A stretch of DNA of 32,000 bases, from contig JAUWGH010000001.1 of NCBI GenBank assembly GCA_030606485.1, positions 450,001 to 482,000 of the forward strand, read 5' to 3'. The position numbers and the translations under genes were made by a program. This DNA is from Promethearchaeota archaeon. GTDB lineage: Archaea; Asgardarchaeota; Lokiarchaeia; Sigyniarchaeales; SOKP01. The notes beneath the pieces were generated by a model, which was given only the letters and a program-made list of their open reading frames with translations, ran no database searches and was not told where the DNA came from. Below are positions 19,251-28,958 of this stretch, one piece after another (positions within the stretch are counted from its first letter, which is position 1; every line of letters starts with the position of its first letter).

Positions 19251-20063
19251 ATGTCCGATAATAATAAAAAAAGTGAAAAAAACAAAATAGTGGACGTGAT
19301 TATTCCGTTTCATAATGAAGAGGATTATTTAGAAAGATGCTTGAGTGCATTAAAAAATCAAAATTATATTCATAAAATAATAGGCATAAATGATTATTCC
19401 ATTGACAATTCTATAGAAATATGTAAAAAATTTAACATTCATGTTATTGATATGGAAATTCCACTCAACCAGAGAAAGTCTGAATTAGCAGATAATTTAA
19501 ATTTAGGGTTAAAAAATTCGGATTCAAAATATATTTTAAAACTTGATGCCGACATTGAATTAATTAATTCAAATTATATTGAAGTGTTAGTAGATTTTAT
19601 GGAAAGGAAAAAAAATAGAAAATATTTCTCTGTAGGAGGCCTTATTTACGTACTGAAACCAAAATGGTTAAAATTATTTAATTTATTCTTTACAAAAATC
19701 CCAAGAGGAGCTGCAAGAATATATCGAGCTAAAAACTTAAGGAAAATGGGAGGTTTTGTTTACAATAAAAAGTATAAATTTAAAAATACATATGGCTCAA
19801 TAGTTCATAGAAATATTGATTCTGCAACTGATAAATTAGCAAGAAAATTTCACTATAAAACAAAATTTATTCGAAAAGTTAAAGCTATTCATCATCGACC
19901 GTGTAAAATACACTTTACTTATAATTTGTTATCTGATTCGTTTTATAGAAATATGATTAAACTCTTTTGTGCCATAATCAGCTTTAGCCCAAAGATGATT
20001 CTTGAGGGACTCAAATATATTAAGATATACTTCAAATATAAGATTTTAAGCTCTATTAGATAA
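19251..20063 (+). CDS. GT2 family glycosyltransferase
   Basis: VDVIIPFHNEE, INDYSIDNS, ILKLDADIEL (DxD), GAARIYR. Confidence 0.85.
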   Translation: MSDNNKKSEKNKIVDVIIPFHNEEDYLERCLSALKNQNYIHKIIGINDYSIDNSIEICKKFNIHVIDMEIPLNQRKSELADNLNLGLKNSDSKYILKLDADIELINSNYIEVLVDFMERKKNRKYFSVGGLIYVLKPKWLKLFNLFFTKIPRGAARIYRAKNLRKMGGFVYNKKYKFKNTYGSIVHRNIDSATDKLARKFHYKTKFIRKVKAIHHRPCKIHFTYNLLSDSFYRNMIKLFCAIISFSPKMILEGLKYIKIYFKYKILSSIR

Positions 20064-20240
20064 AATCAAAATAAACTCTAATTCAAATAATTAAATTAAC
20101 TGCATAAAATTTTAAATATTGAGCTTTTTCTTTGAAAAATTTAATGCTTGAGAACGTGAGAGAAAAATATCTATAATTAATTCTTTTCTCTCTTGGAAAA
20201 ATAAATCTGAATTTATAGAAAACATAAGAAATAATAATAA

Positions 20241-20305
20241 TTTAAATGGATGCATAATAGACGGTATCATCTTGATATTCATATAATGTCGTGTTAAAAA
20301 ATTTT
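20241..20305 (-). pseudogene. Relic 3' end of a GT-C-like gene; direct repeat of 6733-6797
   Basis: 57/65 identical, no indels. It translates KFFNTTLYEYQDDTVYYASI* versus KFFNTKLYEYQGFSVYYAPI*. Confidence 0.85.
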
Positions 20306-20350
20306 AATTCTACGTTTAAGTGATATCAATAATAGGTTTACTGATATTAC
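20306..20350. promoter_or_regulatory. Second motif copy with imperfect 13-5-13 inverted repeat (GTGATATCAATAA-TAGGT-TTACTGATATTAC)
   Basis: Arms 20320-20332 and 20338-20350 pair at 11/13. The motif begins exactly at the end of the GT-C relic. Confidence 0.45.
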
Positions 20351-20549
20351 CACAGTAAGGTTTTTTAAGAATTCGAGCTAGCATGTAATTATCATTCTGA
20401 GCTTAAAGATTATTTAAAATAGTTAAAAAATAGTAATTATACGATTTGAATGTTTTAATTTTGTTAAAAATTTACAAAATATGCTTTTAAGAAAAACTTT
20501 AAAGAATCTTTTTTAATAAATTACTTAATTATTAAAAGTCTAAGTTAGT

Positions 20550-21740
20550 ATGAAGATAATTTATTTTGTACATTATTTCCCCCCGAATACTGGAGCCGCA
20601 GCAGTTAATTCTTTTAAAATTACAACTTTTTTAGCAAAACATGGGCATAAAATAATTGTTTTAGCACCTAAGGAAATATCAAAAACATTTAAGTTAGAAA
20701 AAACTCTTCCAATTGGGAATTTAAAAAATTTCGAAATTATTAATTCTAATTCCATTATAAAATTCCCATTTAATCTTATTTTCTCTCATTATGAAAATAG
20801 TTTAAGAATATTACTCCGAATTAATAAAGAATTTAACCCCAATCTCTTAATGGCGCAATATCACGCGTTTCATTTTGCATCCGTAGCTGGAGGAATTTGC
20901 GCAAAACGAATGAAAATTCCTTATGTAATTCGTTCTCATGATATATTTATTGATTTAGATACGCTTCCTTTTTGGTATAGGAATTATGTTCAAATTTTTT
21001 ATCCAATTATTCGTAAATCGATTAAAAATTCAGACTTTTTTTACGTAACAACTTCAGAAATGAAGTATTATCTTGAAAAGCTTAAAGAATTTAGAAAAGT
21101 TAAGTTTAGAATCCATCATAATGGAGTAGATACAAATATCTTTTATCCCAAACCTGATAACACATTGAAACAACAATTTAATTGCGAAAATTTAATCCTC
21201 TACACAGGTTTATTATCGAAGGATTTAGGAATACAAAATCTGATTCAGGTTTTAGGAGAGGTTTTTAAGATTAAAAAGCAAACTCATATCTTAATAATTG
21301 GAGAGGGCTTTTATAAACAAAATATTATTGATTATGCCAAAAAACATGATTTTTTTGATAAAATTCACTTTTTGAAAGCAGTTCCTCATCGTGAAATTCC
21401 TTTTTATATTAATAATTGTGATATCGGAATTGGGCGATTGACTGATGTAAAAAGTTTGAAATATACCATTCCAGTTAAGTGCTTAGAGTATATGGCGTGC
21501 AAATTGCCTTTTATTACCTCAAAAATTTCGTCTGATCTATTAAAAAAAAATGATGTAGGTATTGAAATCAAAGATATAAATCAACCAAAGAGTATTGCGA
21601 ATAATTTAATTCATTTAATTGAGGATAAAGGTTTCAGAGAAAAATTGGGAATTAATGGTTTAAAGAAGGTTAAGGCAAAATTTAATTGGGAAAAAATTAT
21701 GGAAAGATTTATCATTGAATTGGAATTGATTATTAATTAA
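20550..21740 (+). CDS. GT4 family glycosyltransferase
   Basis: HYFPPNTGAAA, RSHDIF, HNGVDT, YTGLLSKDLG, PVKCLEYMACKLP. Confidence 0.9.
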   Translation: MKIIYFVHYFPPNTGAAAVNSFKITTFLAKHGHKIIVLAPKEISKTFKLEKTLPIGNLKNFEIINSNSIIKFPFNLIFSHYENSLRILLRINKEFNPNLLMAQYHAFHFASVAGGICAKRMKIPYVIRSHDIFIDLDTLPFWYRNYVQIFYPIIRKSIKNSDFFYVTTSEMKYYLEKLKEFRKVKFRIHHNGVDTNIFYPKPDNTLKQQFNCENLILYTGLLSKDLGIQNLIQVLGEVFKIKKQTHILIIGEGFYKQNIIDYAKKHDFFDKIHFLKAVPHREIPFYINNCDIGIGRLTDVKSLKYTIPVKCLEYMACKLPFITSKISSDLLKKNDVGIEIKDINQPKSIANNLIHLIEDKGFREKLGINGLKKVKAKFNWEKIMERFIIELELIIN

Positions 21741-21796
21741 AAATTAAATTAGGGTTATCTTAAAAAATAATAATAAAACTAGAAATAGATGTGTTT

Positions 21797-23836
21797 ATGA
21801 ATATATTTTACATTTTTTACCTAATTATTCTCTTCTTACCTGGTGAGACAATATTTCAATTGGGTTTTCTTAAAAAAAAAGAGAAGATCTTACAATTTTC
21901 AATAATTGAGCATTTAATATATGTTGTTATCATTGGATTATCTTTTTCTTCGACAGTATGTTTATTTCTAGCCATTTTTCAGCAATTAAATCTTCTTTTA
22001 TTAATTTTAATCGATTTAGGGGTTTTTATTATTAGTTTTTTTTTAAATAATTTTAATAAAAAATCCATAAATGACAATATATTAATTTTTAGAATAATAG
22101 AATATTTTAAATCTCGAGAAACTATTTCATTTAAGAAAATAATTAAAAATTATTACGTAACTATCTTTTCCGCGGTTATATTTTTTGTGATTTATCTTTT
22201 AATGTTAATGACTTTTAAATATATCCCAAATCATGATATATGGTATTTTACCCAATGGGCTATTGACATCGTTAAACATAATCCGAATATTCTATATTCA
22301 CAAGAAAATGTTGAATTATATTTAGGAGAAATTCTTTATATAAATTTCCAAAATTATTATTTGGCAATTTTTCTTTTATTTGATATAGAATTATGGGAAT
22401 TTCTCATTCATTATATTCTTCCATTAATTCCTTTAATTTGTTTATTTCTATTAATAATTAATTTTACTTCTTACAGGAGAGATCATAAGAAATATATACC
22501 GATAATCCTCTTATTTTCCAGTTATTATTTACTAAATTGGTTTTTTTATGCGTCTCCAGTAATTTTTTCAATTATTATTGGATTATTACTCATAAATTCA
22601 ATATTTGATAAAAAAAAAAGATCAGTTTTATTGATAATAATTCTTGGATTTTATATGTATCTCTTTCATACTATTACAACTGGCTTGTTTGCAATTAGTT
22701 TTTTCTTTACTTTTATATTCTTATTGCTAATAAATTTTAAAAATAAGGAAAAGAGAAAAGAATATAAAGATTTTATTAAAAGTAAAATAAAACTGTTTAT
22801 TTTTTTAATTCTGATTTTCTCAACAATGGTTATTTTAATTTTGATAATTTTCTCTACTCAGATTTTCGTTTTTTTAAATAAATATATTGGAGATTTATAT
22901 AATTTTCAAGAAAGAGCTTTTTCACCTAATATCCTTGATTGGTTTTTTGGGAATGTAGGAATTTTCATTCTTTTAATTAGTATTTTAACTATGTACTTTA
23001 TATATTCAAATATTCAAAATAAAAATATAGGATCTTTAAAAAACTTTGAAATTCCACAAAGTAAGATTAATGTCTTGTTTTTTTCTTGGTTCTTGCTTGT
23101 TGAGATGGTAATTATATGCCTATTTCTCCCGTATTGGTATTTCCTTACAGGAATTCCATATTTATATTACCGTTATTTTATCTATCTTGACCTATCGTGC
23201 ATAATTTTAGCACCCTTTGGTTTTCGGTTTATTATTAAACATATTCAAAATTTAAAGATTGAGAAAAAAAGAATATCTCAATATTTAAAAATTTTCAAAT
23301 TATCATTCTTTATTTCTATTGTAATTATGACATGGATACATTTTATTTATAAATATAATTTGGGAACACATTTTTCATATGTCCCGGAAGAGCATATTGA
23401 TACATATTTTTGGTTAAAATCTAATACACCTTCAAATTCAGTGTATTTTGTTTCACCATATACAAATTCTTCAACTGTATATATGCATTGCGTTCTGGAT
23501 GATAGAATTTTTATAAACCAGAGCTTGGGATGGGAGATTTTTAATGATTCATTGTATATTAATGGAGATAACGATAATTTTAATATTTTTATTGAGTATA
23601 ATTTTAAAAAAAGCAAACCGATTGATAAACGATGGGCGTATTCACAATCATTCCCTGAAAACTATACTGATAAAAAGGTTGATTACATAATTCTTGATGA
23701 CTATTATAATCATTATTTAACCAATCGCTTACTTCATAATAAAACATGTTTTGAGGTAATTAAATCTACTTTTAACTACGATCATCTTATTAGGAGAAAA
23801 TACATGATTTATGTTTTCCGTACAAAAAGCTATTAA
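21797..23836 (+). CDS. Polytopic membrane protein, putative GT-C glycosyltransferase (paralog 1)
   Basis: ATG 21797 aligns with the paralog start (track uses GTG 21791). LFLPGE, NHDIWY, YYRYFIYLD, YFWLKSNTPSNS, VDYIILDDYYN. Confidence 0.6.
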   Translation: MNIFYIFYLIILFLPGETIFQLGFLKKKEKILQFSIIEHLIYVVIIGLSFSSTVCLFLAIFQQLNLLLLILIDLGVFIISFFLNNFNKKSINDNILIFRIIEYFKSRETISFKKIIKNYYVTIFSAVIFFVIYLLMLMTFKYIPNHDIWYFTQWAIDIVKHNPNILYSQENVELYLGEILYINFQNYYLAIFLLFDIELWEFLIHYILPLIPLICLFLLIINFTSYRRDHKKYIPIILLFSSYYLLNWFFYASPVIFSIIIGLLLINSIFDKKKRSVLLIIILGFYMYLFHTITTGLFAISFFFTFIFLLLINFKNKEKRKEYKDFIKSKIKLFIFLILIFSTMVILILIIFSTQIFVFLNKYIGDLYNFQERAFSPNILDWFFGNVGIFILLISILTMYFIYSNIQNKNIGSLKNFEIPQSKINVLFFSWFLLVEMVIICLFLPYWYFLTGIPYLYYRYFIYLDLSCIILAPFGFRFIIKHIQNLKIEKKRISQYLKIFKLSFFISIVIMTWIHFIYKYNLGTHFSYVPEEHIDTYFWLKSNTPSNSVYFVSPYTNSSTVYMHCVLDDRIFINQSLGWEIFNDSLYINGDNDNFNIFIEYNFKKSKPIDKRWAYSQSFPENYTDKKVDYIILDDYYNHYLTNRLLHNKTCFEVIKSTFNYDHLIRRKYMIYVFRTKSY

Positions 23837-24039
23837 AATAGTTTTTTAAAGGTTTTTACTTAGTTAATAATGCTAAATAATCTTTAAGATTAAATATCTG
23901 TATATAATCTGATATCCTAAAAATAACATAATTGTTATAAGACTATAGTCGTTTTCTCTTATTATCCCAATATTTTTAATGAATTTAAGATAATTATTAT
24001 TATTATCTAATAAAGAGATTTTAACTATCAAGTGAGGAT

Positions 24040-26625
24040 ATGAATTTATTTTATATATTTTATTTAATAATTCTTTTCTTACCAGGGGAAACGATTATTC
24101 AACTTTGTTTCCCATTAAAAGAAAAGATATTAAGATATTCAATTTTAGAGCATTTAGTTTATCTTGTCATTTTAGGTTTATGTTTCTCCTCTCTTATATC
24201 TCTTCTTCTTTCGATTTCTCAAAGATTAAGCATTTTTTCATTAATTATGATAAATGTTCCTTTCTTTCTGATGTCTTTCTTCTTAGATATCTATAATATA
24301 AAACTGATCAATAAATCTGTTTTGATTTTTAGAATTATTAAGGCAATAAAATTAAAAGGCAATTTTCTCAAGATTCTTAAAAAGGATTATTTAGTATCAA
24401 TAATAATCTCAATTGTTTTTATTTTTTTTTTTATAAGTCTTTTAAAATCTTATCTTTATATTCCAGCTAAAGACATTTGGCGTTATGCTGAATGGGCAGT
24501 AGATATTGCTAAATACCAACCAAATATATTACAAGATAGGCATCATATTAGTTGGTATTTAGGTGAAATATATTATACAAAATTTTATAATTTCTTTTTA
24601 AGTTCAATGATACTTGGAGATGTAGAATCGTGGGATTTTATTATACAATTTATTATTCCCATTTTGATAATCATTTTATTGATTTTATTAATTATTGATT
24701 TTACAAGTAAAATCAATAAGAAAATAAATTTTCTTCCGGTAATTTTTTTATCCTCTTCTTATTATCTATTAAATTGGTTTTTTTACAGCTTACCTACAAC
24801 TATTGCGTGTATTTTGGGAATTCTATCCATAATATCTTTATATAATAAAAAAAAGCGTTCATATTTAATGTTCGGGTTATGTGTAATTTTTGCATATTTA
24901 TTTCATACAGCAACGGCTTTATTATTTTTAATACCCATAGGTCTGAATCTAATAATATTATTTTTAATTAAAATTAGTTCAAAAGAATTAAGAAGAATAT
25001 TATTACGAAAAATTAAAGAGAAATTTTACATTTATATTTTCCTTTCAATAGTCATTTCCGCTATAGTTATTGGGGGGGTTATTGTTTTTTTTACTCCAAT
25101 TCTATTTTCACCTACATATTTTGAGCAGTTTCTTGATCAATATCCTCGTATACAAAGCAGATTAAAAAATTATGAAATAAGATCTCTTCCACCTGACTTA
25201 TTCTTTTGGATTCGGGATTTACTTGGACCACATATTCTTTTACTAAGCTTATTTTTAATTATTTTTTTAGTTCGAAAATTTATAAAAAACGAGAAAATTA
25301 ATTTTTTTAAATCTAAATATTCAGGGCGTTTTTCAAATGGAAAAGTTAAAACTCAGGACATTACATTAAACAATTTATTTTTTTTTTGGGTTTTTCTAGT
25401 TATTTTAATATTAATTTGTATTTTTTTACCAATCTGGTATTGGTTTTCAACATTTCCATACCAGTACTATAGGTATTTTATATATATTGATTTAGCATGT
25501 TTATTTCTTGCCCCGTTTGGTTTTGATTTGATAATAAAATATTTGGCCCAAAAAAAATATAAGAAAAAAAGAATCTCAAAACATTATGTAAAAATTTTTT
25601 ACGTATCTTTTATTAGCCTAACATTATATTTTTCATCATTCCATTTTTTTATAAGAGATTACAATCTTTATAATGTCTATGAAGATATCCCGGAAGCCAA
25701 TCTAAATATCTATTATTGGTTAAGAGACAATACTGATAATGATTCAATTTATTGTGCTTCTCCTTATTCTGATTGTGGCGAGATTTATTATCATCCTATT
25801 TTGAATGATCGAAAATTTCTTGATCCAAGTTATCAATATCGTTTTTTCAATGATTCTCAATATAGTTCTATTTATGATATTGATTATCTTCATTTTCTCC
25901 GTTATCTATATGTATTAAGGAAATTAATAAATCTACGATTTGCTAGTTCAGATTATACTGCTATATATACTAAAGATAAAGTTGATTATATTATTTTAGA
26001 TGATTATTATAATCCGAATTTAAGTAAATTAATGAGTCTCGACAATAATTCCTTTCTGATGCTTAAAAATTGGACAGATTGGAGACCTTTTACAAAAGAA
26101 CCTTATCATATATATCTTTTTTACTATAAAGATTATTATAATTTTTTTTTTAATCCAACTTTTGAATATGAATATCCTGAATGGTTTTTAGTTGAGGAAA
26201 AATATAATGAAACCTTGAACCGTTCCGATTTTGATCCTTATGAAGGAGATTATTCTCTTCTTTATAATAGAAGTGTTCTACTTCGAAGAGGCTATTTTAT
26301 AATAAGTAAAGATTTTACATTATCTTCTCAATATAATTATTCATTTTCATGCTATTTGAAATATATATTGTATCCAAATGAGAATGCAACTTTAACAATT
26401 AGATTCTTAATTAACTATTATGATTATGATTGGAAATTAATATCCCATGAAAATGTTTATACTCTAAAAAATTACAATTTTTTAATGCCTTATTCATTAG
26501 TGAATTTCACTTTTCCAATAATTCCTGGGAGCTATTATGAACAAATTGAAGTTGAATTAGAAATTACTCCGTCAAGCAAAGTCATAATACTATTAGATAA
26601 TATATTTTTAAAAAGAGTTGTTTGA
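24040..26625 (+). CDS. Polytopic membrane protein, putative GT-C glycosyltransferase (paralog 2) with C-terminal CBM4/9-like domain
   Basis: LFLPGE, AKDIWRY, YYRYFIYID, YYWLRDNTDNDS, VDYIILDDYYN; extra domain 26152-26622 (NPTFE..W..YEGDYSL..YSFSCYLK..ILLDNI). Confidence 0.6.
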   Translation: MNLFYIFYLIILFLPGETIIQLCFPLKEKILRYSILEHLVYLVILGLCFSSLISLLLSISQRLSIFSLIMINVPFFLMSFFLDIYNIKLINKSVLIFRIIKAIKLKGNFLKILKKDYLVSIIISIVFIFFFISLLKSYLYIPAKDIWRYAEWAVDIAKYQPNILQDRHHISWYLGEIYYTKFYNFFLSSMILGDVESWDFIIQFIIPILIIILLILLIIDFTSKINKKINFLPVIFLSSSYYLLNWFFYSLPTTIACILGILSIISLYNKKKRSYLMFGLCVIFAYLFHTATALLFLIPIGLNLIILFLIKISSKELRRILLRKIKEKFYIYIFLSIVISAIVIGGVIVFFTPILFSPTYFEQFLDQYPRIQSRLKNYEIRSLPPDLFFWIRDLLGPHILLLSLFLIIFLVRKFIKNEKINFFKSKYSGRFSNGKVKTQDITLNNLFFFWVFLVILILICIFLPIWYWFSTFPYQYYRYFIYIDLACLFLAPFGFDLIIKYLAQKKYKKKRISKHYVKIFYVSFISLTLYFSSFHFFIRDYNLYNVYEDIPEANLNIYYWLRDNTDNDSIYCASPYSDCGEIYYHPILNDRKFLDPSYQYRFFNDSQYSSIYDIDYLHFLRYLYVLRKLINLRFASSDYTAIYTKDKVDYIILDDYYNPNLSKLMSLDNNSFLMLKNWTDWRPFTKEPYHIYLFYYKDYYNFFFNPTFEYEYPEWFLVEEKYNETLNRSDFDPYEGDYSLLYNRSVLLRRGYFIISKDFTLSSQYNYSFSCYLKYILYPNENATLTIRFLINYYDYDWKLISHENVYTLKNYNFLMPYSLVNFTFPIIPGSYYEQIEVELEITPSSKVIILLDNIFLKRVV

Positions 26626-26778
26626 AAAAAATTATCTTTTAATATAAATTAAATTAATTCTTTTCGAGAAAAAATATTTAATGAACTGGTATTGCATTTC
26701 GATTTTTAATTTTCTACTAATTAAGATACTATTTTTCAAAATTTTTTTAACAATTCTAATACTTTTCTTATTAAAAAA

Positions 26779-28956
26779 GTGTTTAATCCCAAGGAAAGGT
26801 CAAATTATTTGGAGAAAAAATGGATTTTTCTTATAATTCAGTTTTTATGTATTTTTAGTTATTTATTTGTGTTTTTTTGTAATTTTAATATTTTATTTTT
26901 AAAAATTTTCTTAGGTATAATTTTCCTCCTTTTTATTCCCGGATATAATTTAATAAATATCTTATTTCCGGAGTTTTCTATAAAAGTTAGGTTAGGATTA
27001 TGCTCAGTATTTAGCTTGGGCTTAGAGGTTTTAATTATGTTAATTTACTATATTGTTGGTGTATCACTCCCTAACAGTAATCCATTTTTTTTTGATATTA
27101 ATATATTAGTCATTTTATTCTCTATTCTTTCAGTTCTATTGATACTTATTTATTTTTTTAAGTATTCCGATTATGAAAAAATTTCGATGAATACCAATGG
27201 ATGTATTAGGCGGGTCTATTATAAATTCAAAAATAATAAATTCTATGTTATTTTAACGTTTATCTTTATTATAGATTTAATTTTATTATGTCTTAACGTA
27301 TATTTAAATAGAGTCTCATTAACAAGAAACCAAATTCGTATTCAATATTCTGAAAATTTTACATTTTTCTATTATTGCGATTTTTATTTTTATATTTTTT
27401 ATTCTATAGCGATAATATTATTAATTTTTTTTGCGGTTAGATTTCAAAATAAAATTTTATTTATTTCTCTCGTTTGCCTGTTTTTATACAGTCAATTAAT
27501 TATTCCCTATTTACAAATTGGAGATTTCTTTGTCTATGATGCTATTTTCTTAGAAGATTTGATTTTATCCTACAATAATTATGGCTTAACTCCAATGGAG
27601 AAGTATGGTGGTTTAATAATAAATCTTGAAGATTCTTTTTGGGGGTTAAGATATATTACGAGCACTTTCTTTGGAATTTTATTAATTAATTTTACTGGAA
27701 CTGATATTTTTTTTTCACTAAGTTTTTTATATCCCTTAAGTATTTGTCTATCTCCTTTTTTTATTTATGGTTTAATTGAACATCTCTCGAATAATAATAA
27801 TAAAAAAGAAAACTCTATAAAAATTTTGACATTATTCGCAATTTTTAATCCTATTTTTTTAAAATTTGGACACACAGCAACAACAGTTGTTATTGGATTT
27901 AATATTTTCATCATATTGATTTTTCTTCTCTATATCATCTTTAAAACTCAAATTTTAAGTATAAAATATATTTTAGTTATTATTTTTCTATATTCTTTTT
28001 TGAGTTTTACTCACATTGAAGAAGCATTGTATTATCTACCTATCCTTTTTGTAGTCGGGGTTTTTTCTATAATTTTTATAGAAAAGGAATTACAACGTCC
28101 CAATTTTTTATCAAAAAGTATAAATGGTAAATCTTTTATTAAGAAATATTGTATTTTATTTGGAATTTTAATATTGTTATTTTATGTGAGCCAAGAGTTT
28201 TTAGGGTATTTTTCCACATATATTTCGTTTTTTAATAATTTTCCACTATTCAATTTTATTTTTACTCTCTATTCTGATTCAAAAATCTTATCATTTCCTT
28301 TTATTTTTGAAAGACACGTTAGTTTAAGCTTATTTATAATTATAATATGTTTTTTAATTCCAATTTTGATGTATATTCTATTTTTTTTAATAAATTTTTA
28401 TAAATCTAAACTAGCTAATATTAAAGCCATTTTTGTGAATTTTTTCAATAAATTTCAAAAATTTTTAACACAAAGGAAAATTAGGTTTGGCTTTCAATTA
28501 ATGTTAATTATATCTTTTATCTTAGCCCCTATTTTTCTAAATTTCATTATAGGTGTTTATGGAGAAGAGGTTGGTAAAATTTTGGAATTCGATGGTATTT
28601 TAATTATTTTGGAAGTTATTATATTATATAATTTTTTCATTATTCAGATTTTCATGTTTGTTAAAAATCTATTATTTTATAAACAAAATAAGTCGTATGA
28701 ACTATTTTTTCTAATAATTTTAGTTTGTTTAACTGGTTCAATTGGTTTTTTTGCCTTATCATCAATCCGTATAGCATTTATTGTTTATGAATTGCAAAAA
28801 TTTATTTATCTACTTATTTTTTTTAATGTATTTTTAATGAAAGAGAATTACTTCGTAGATCTCAGAAAAAAGAAATTTAAATATTTCTTAATGCTCATCT
28901 TTATTATGATGATAGGTGGTTTAACTATTAGTTTTAGAAAATTAAAATTCGGTTAA
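26779..28956 (+). CDS. Polytopic membrane protein (GT-C- or Wzy-like), no C-terminal soluble domain
   Basis: GTG start, LFIPGY motif, many TM segments, loop FVYDAIFLED; ends just after the last TM, 2 nt before the next ATG. Confidence 0.5.
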   Translation: MFNPKERSNYLEKKWIFLIIQFLCIFSYLFVFFCNFNILFLKIFLGIIFLLFIPGYNLINILFPEFSIKVRLGLCSVFSLGLEVLIMLIYYIVGVSLPNSNPFFFDINILVILFSILSVLLILIYFFKYSDYEKISMNTNGCIRRVYYKFKNNKFYVILTFIFIIDLILLCLNVYLNRVSLTRNQIRIQYSENFTFFYYCDFYFYIFYSIAIILLIFFAVRFQNKILFISLVCLFLYSQLIIPYLQIGDFFVYDAIFLEDLILSYNNYGLTPMEKYGGLIINLEDSFWGLRYITSTFFGILLINFTGTDIFFSLSFLYPLSICLSPFFIYGLIEHLSNNNNKKENSIKILTLFAIFNPIFLKFGHTATTVVIGFNIFIILIFLLYIIFKTQILSIKYILVIIFLYSFLSFTHIEEALYYLPILFVVGVFSIIFIEKELQRPNFLSKSINGKSFIKKYCILFGILILLFYVSQEFLGYFSTYISFFNNFPLFNFIFTLYSDSKILSFPFIFERHVSLSLFIIIICFLIPILMYILFFLINFYKSKLANIKAIFVNFFNKFQKFLTQRKIRFGFQLMLIISFILAPIFLNFIIGVYGEEVGKILEFDGILIILEVIILYNFFIIQIFMFVKNLLFYKQNKSYELFFLIILVCLTGSIGFFALSSIRIAFIVYELQKFIYLLIFFNVFLMKENYFVDLRKKKFKYFLMLIFIMMIGGLTISFRKLKFG

Positions 28957-28958
28957 AA

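Noticed and set aside
20158-20202. GAGAGAAAA...TTTTCTCTC inverted repeat as a terminator
   Set aside because: Long 27-nt loop and low complexity; unsupported.
20573-24296. Track ORFs 20573..20755 (-), 23347..23616 (-) and 24105..24296 (+)
   Set aside because: Shadow frames within longer motif-bearing genes.
6734-26625. Calling the large membrane proteins AglB/STT3
   Set aside because: No WWDYG motif in any of them.
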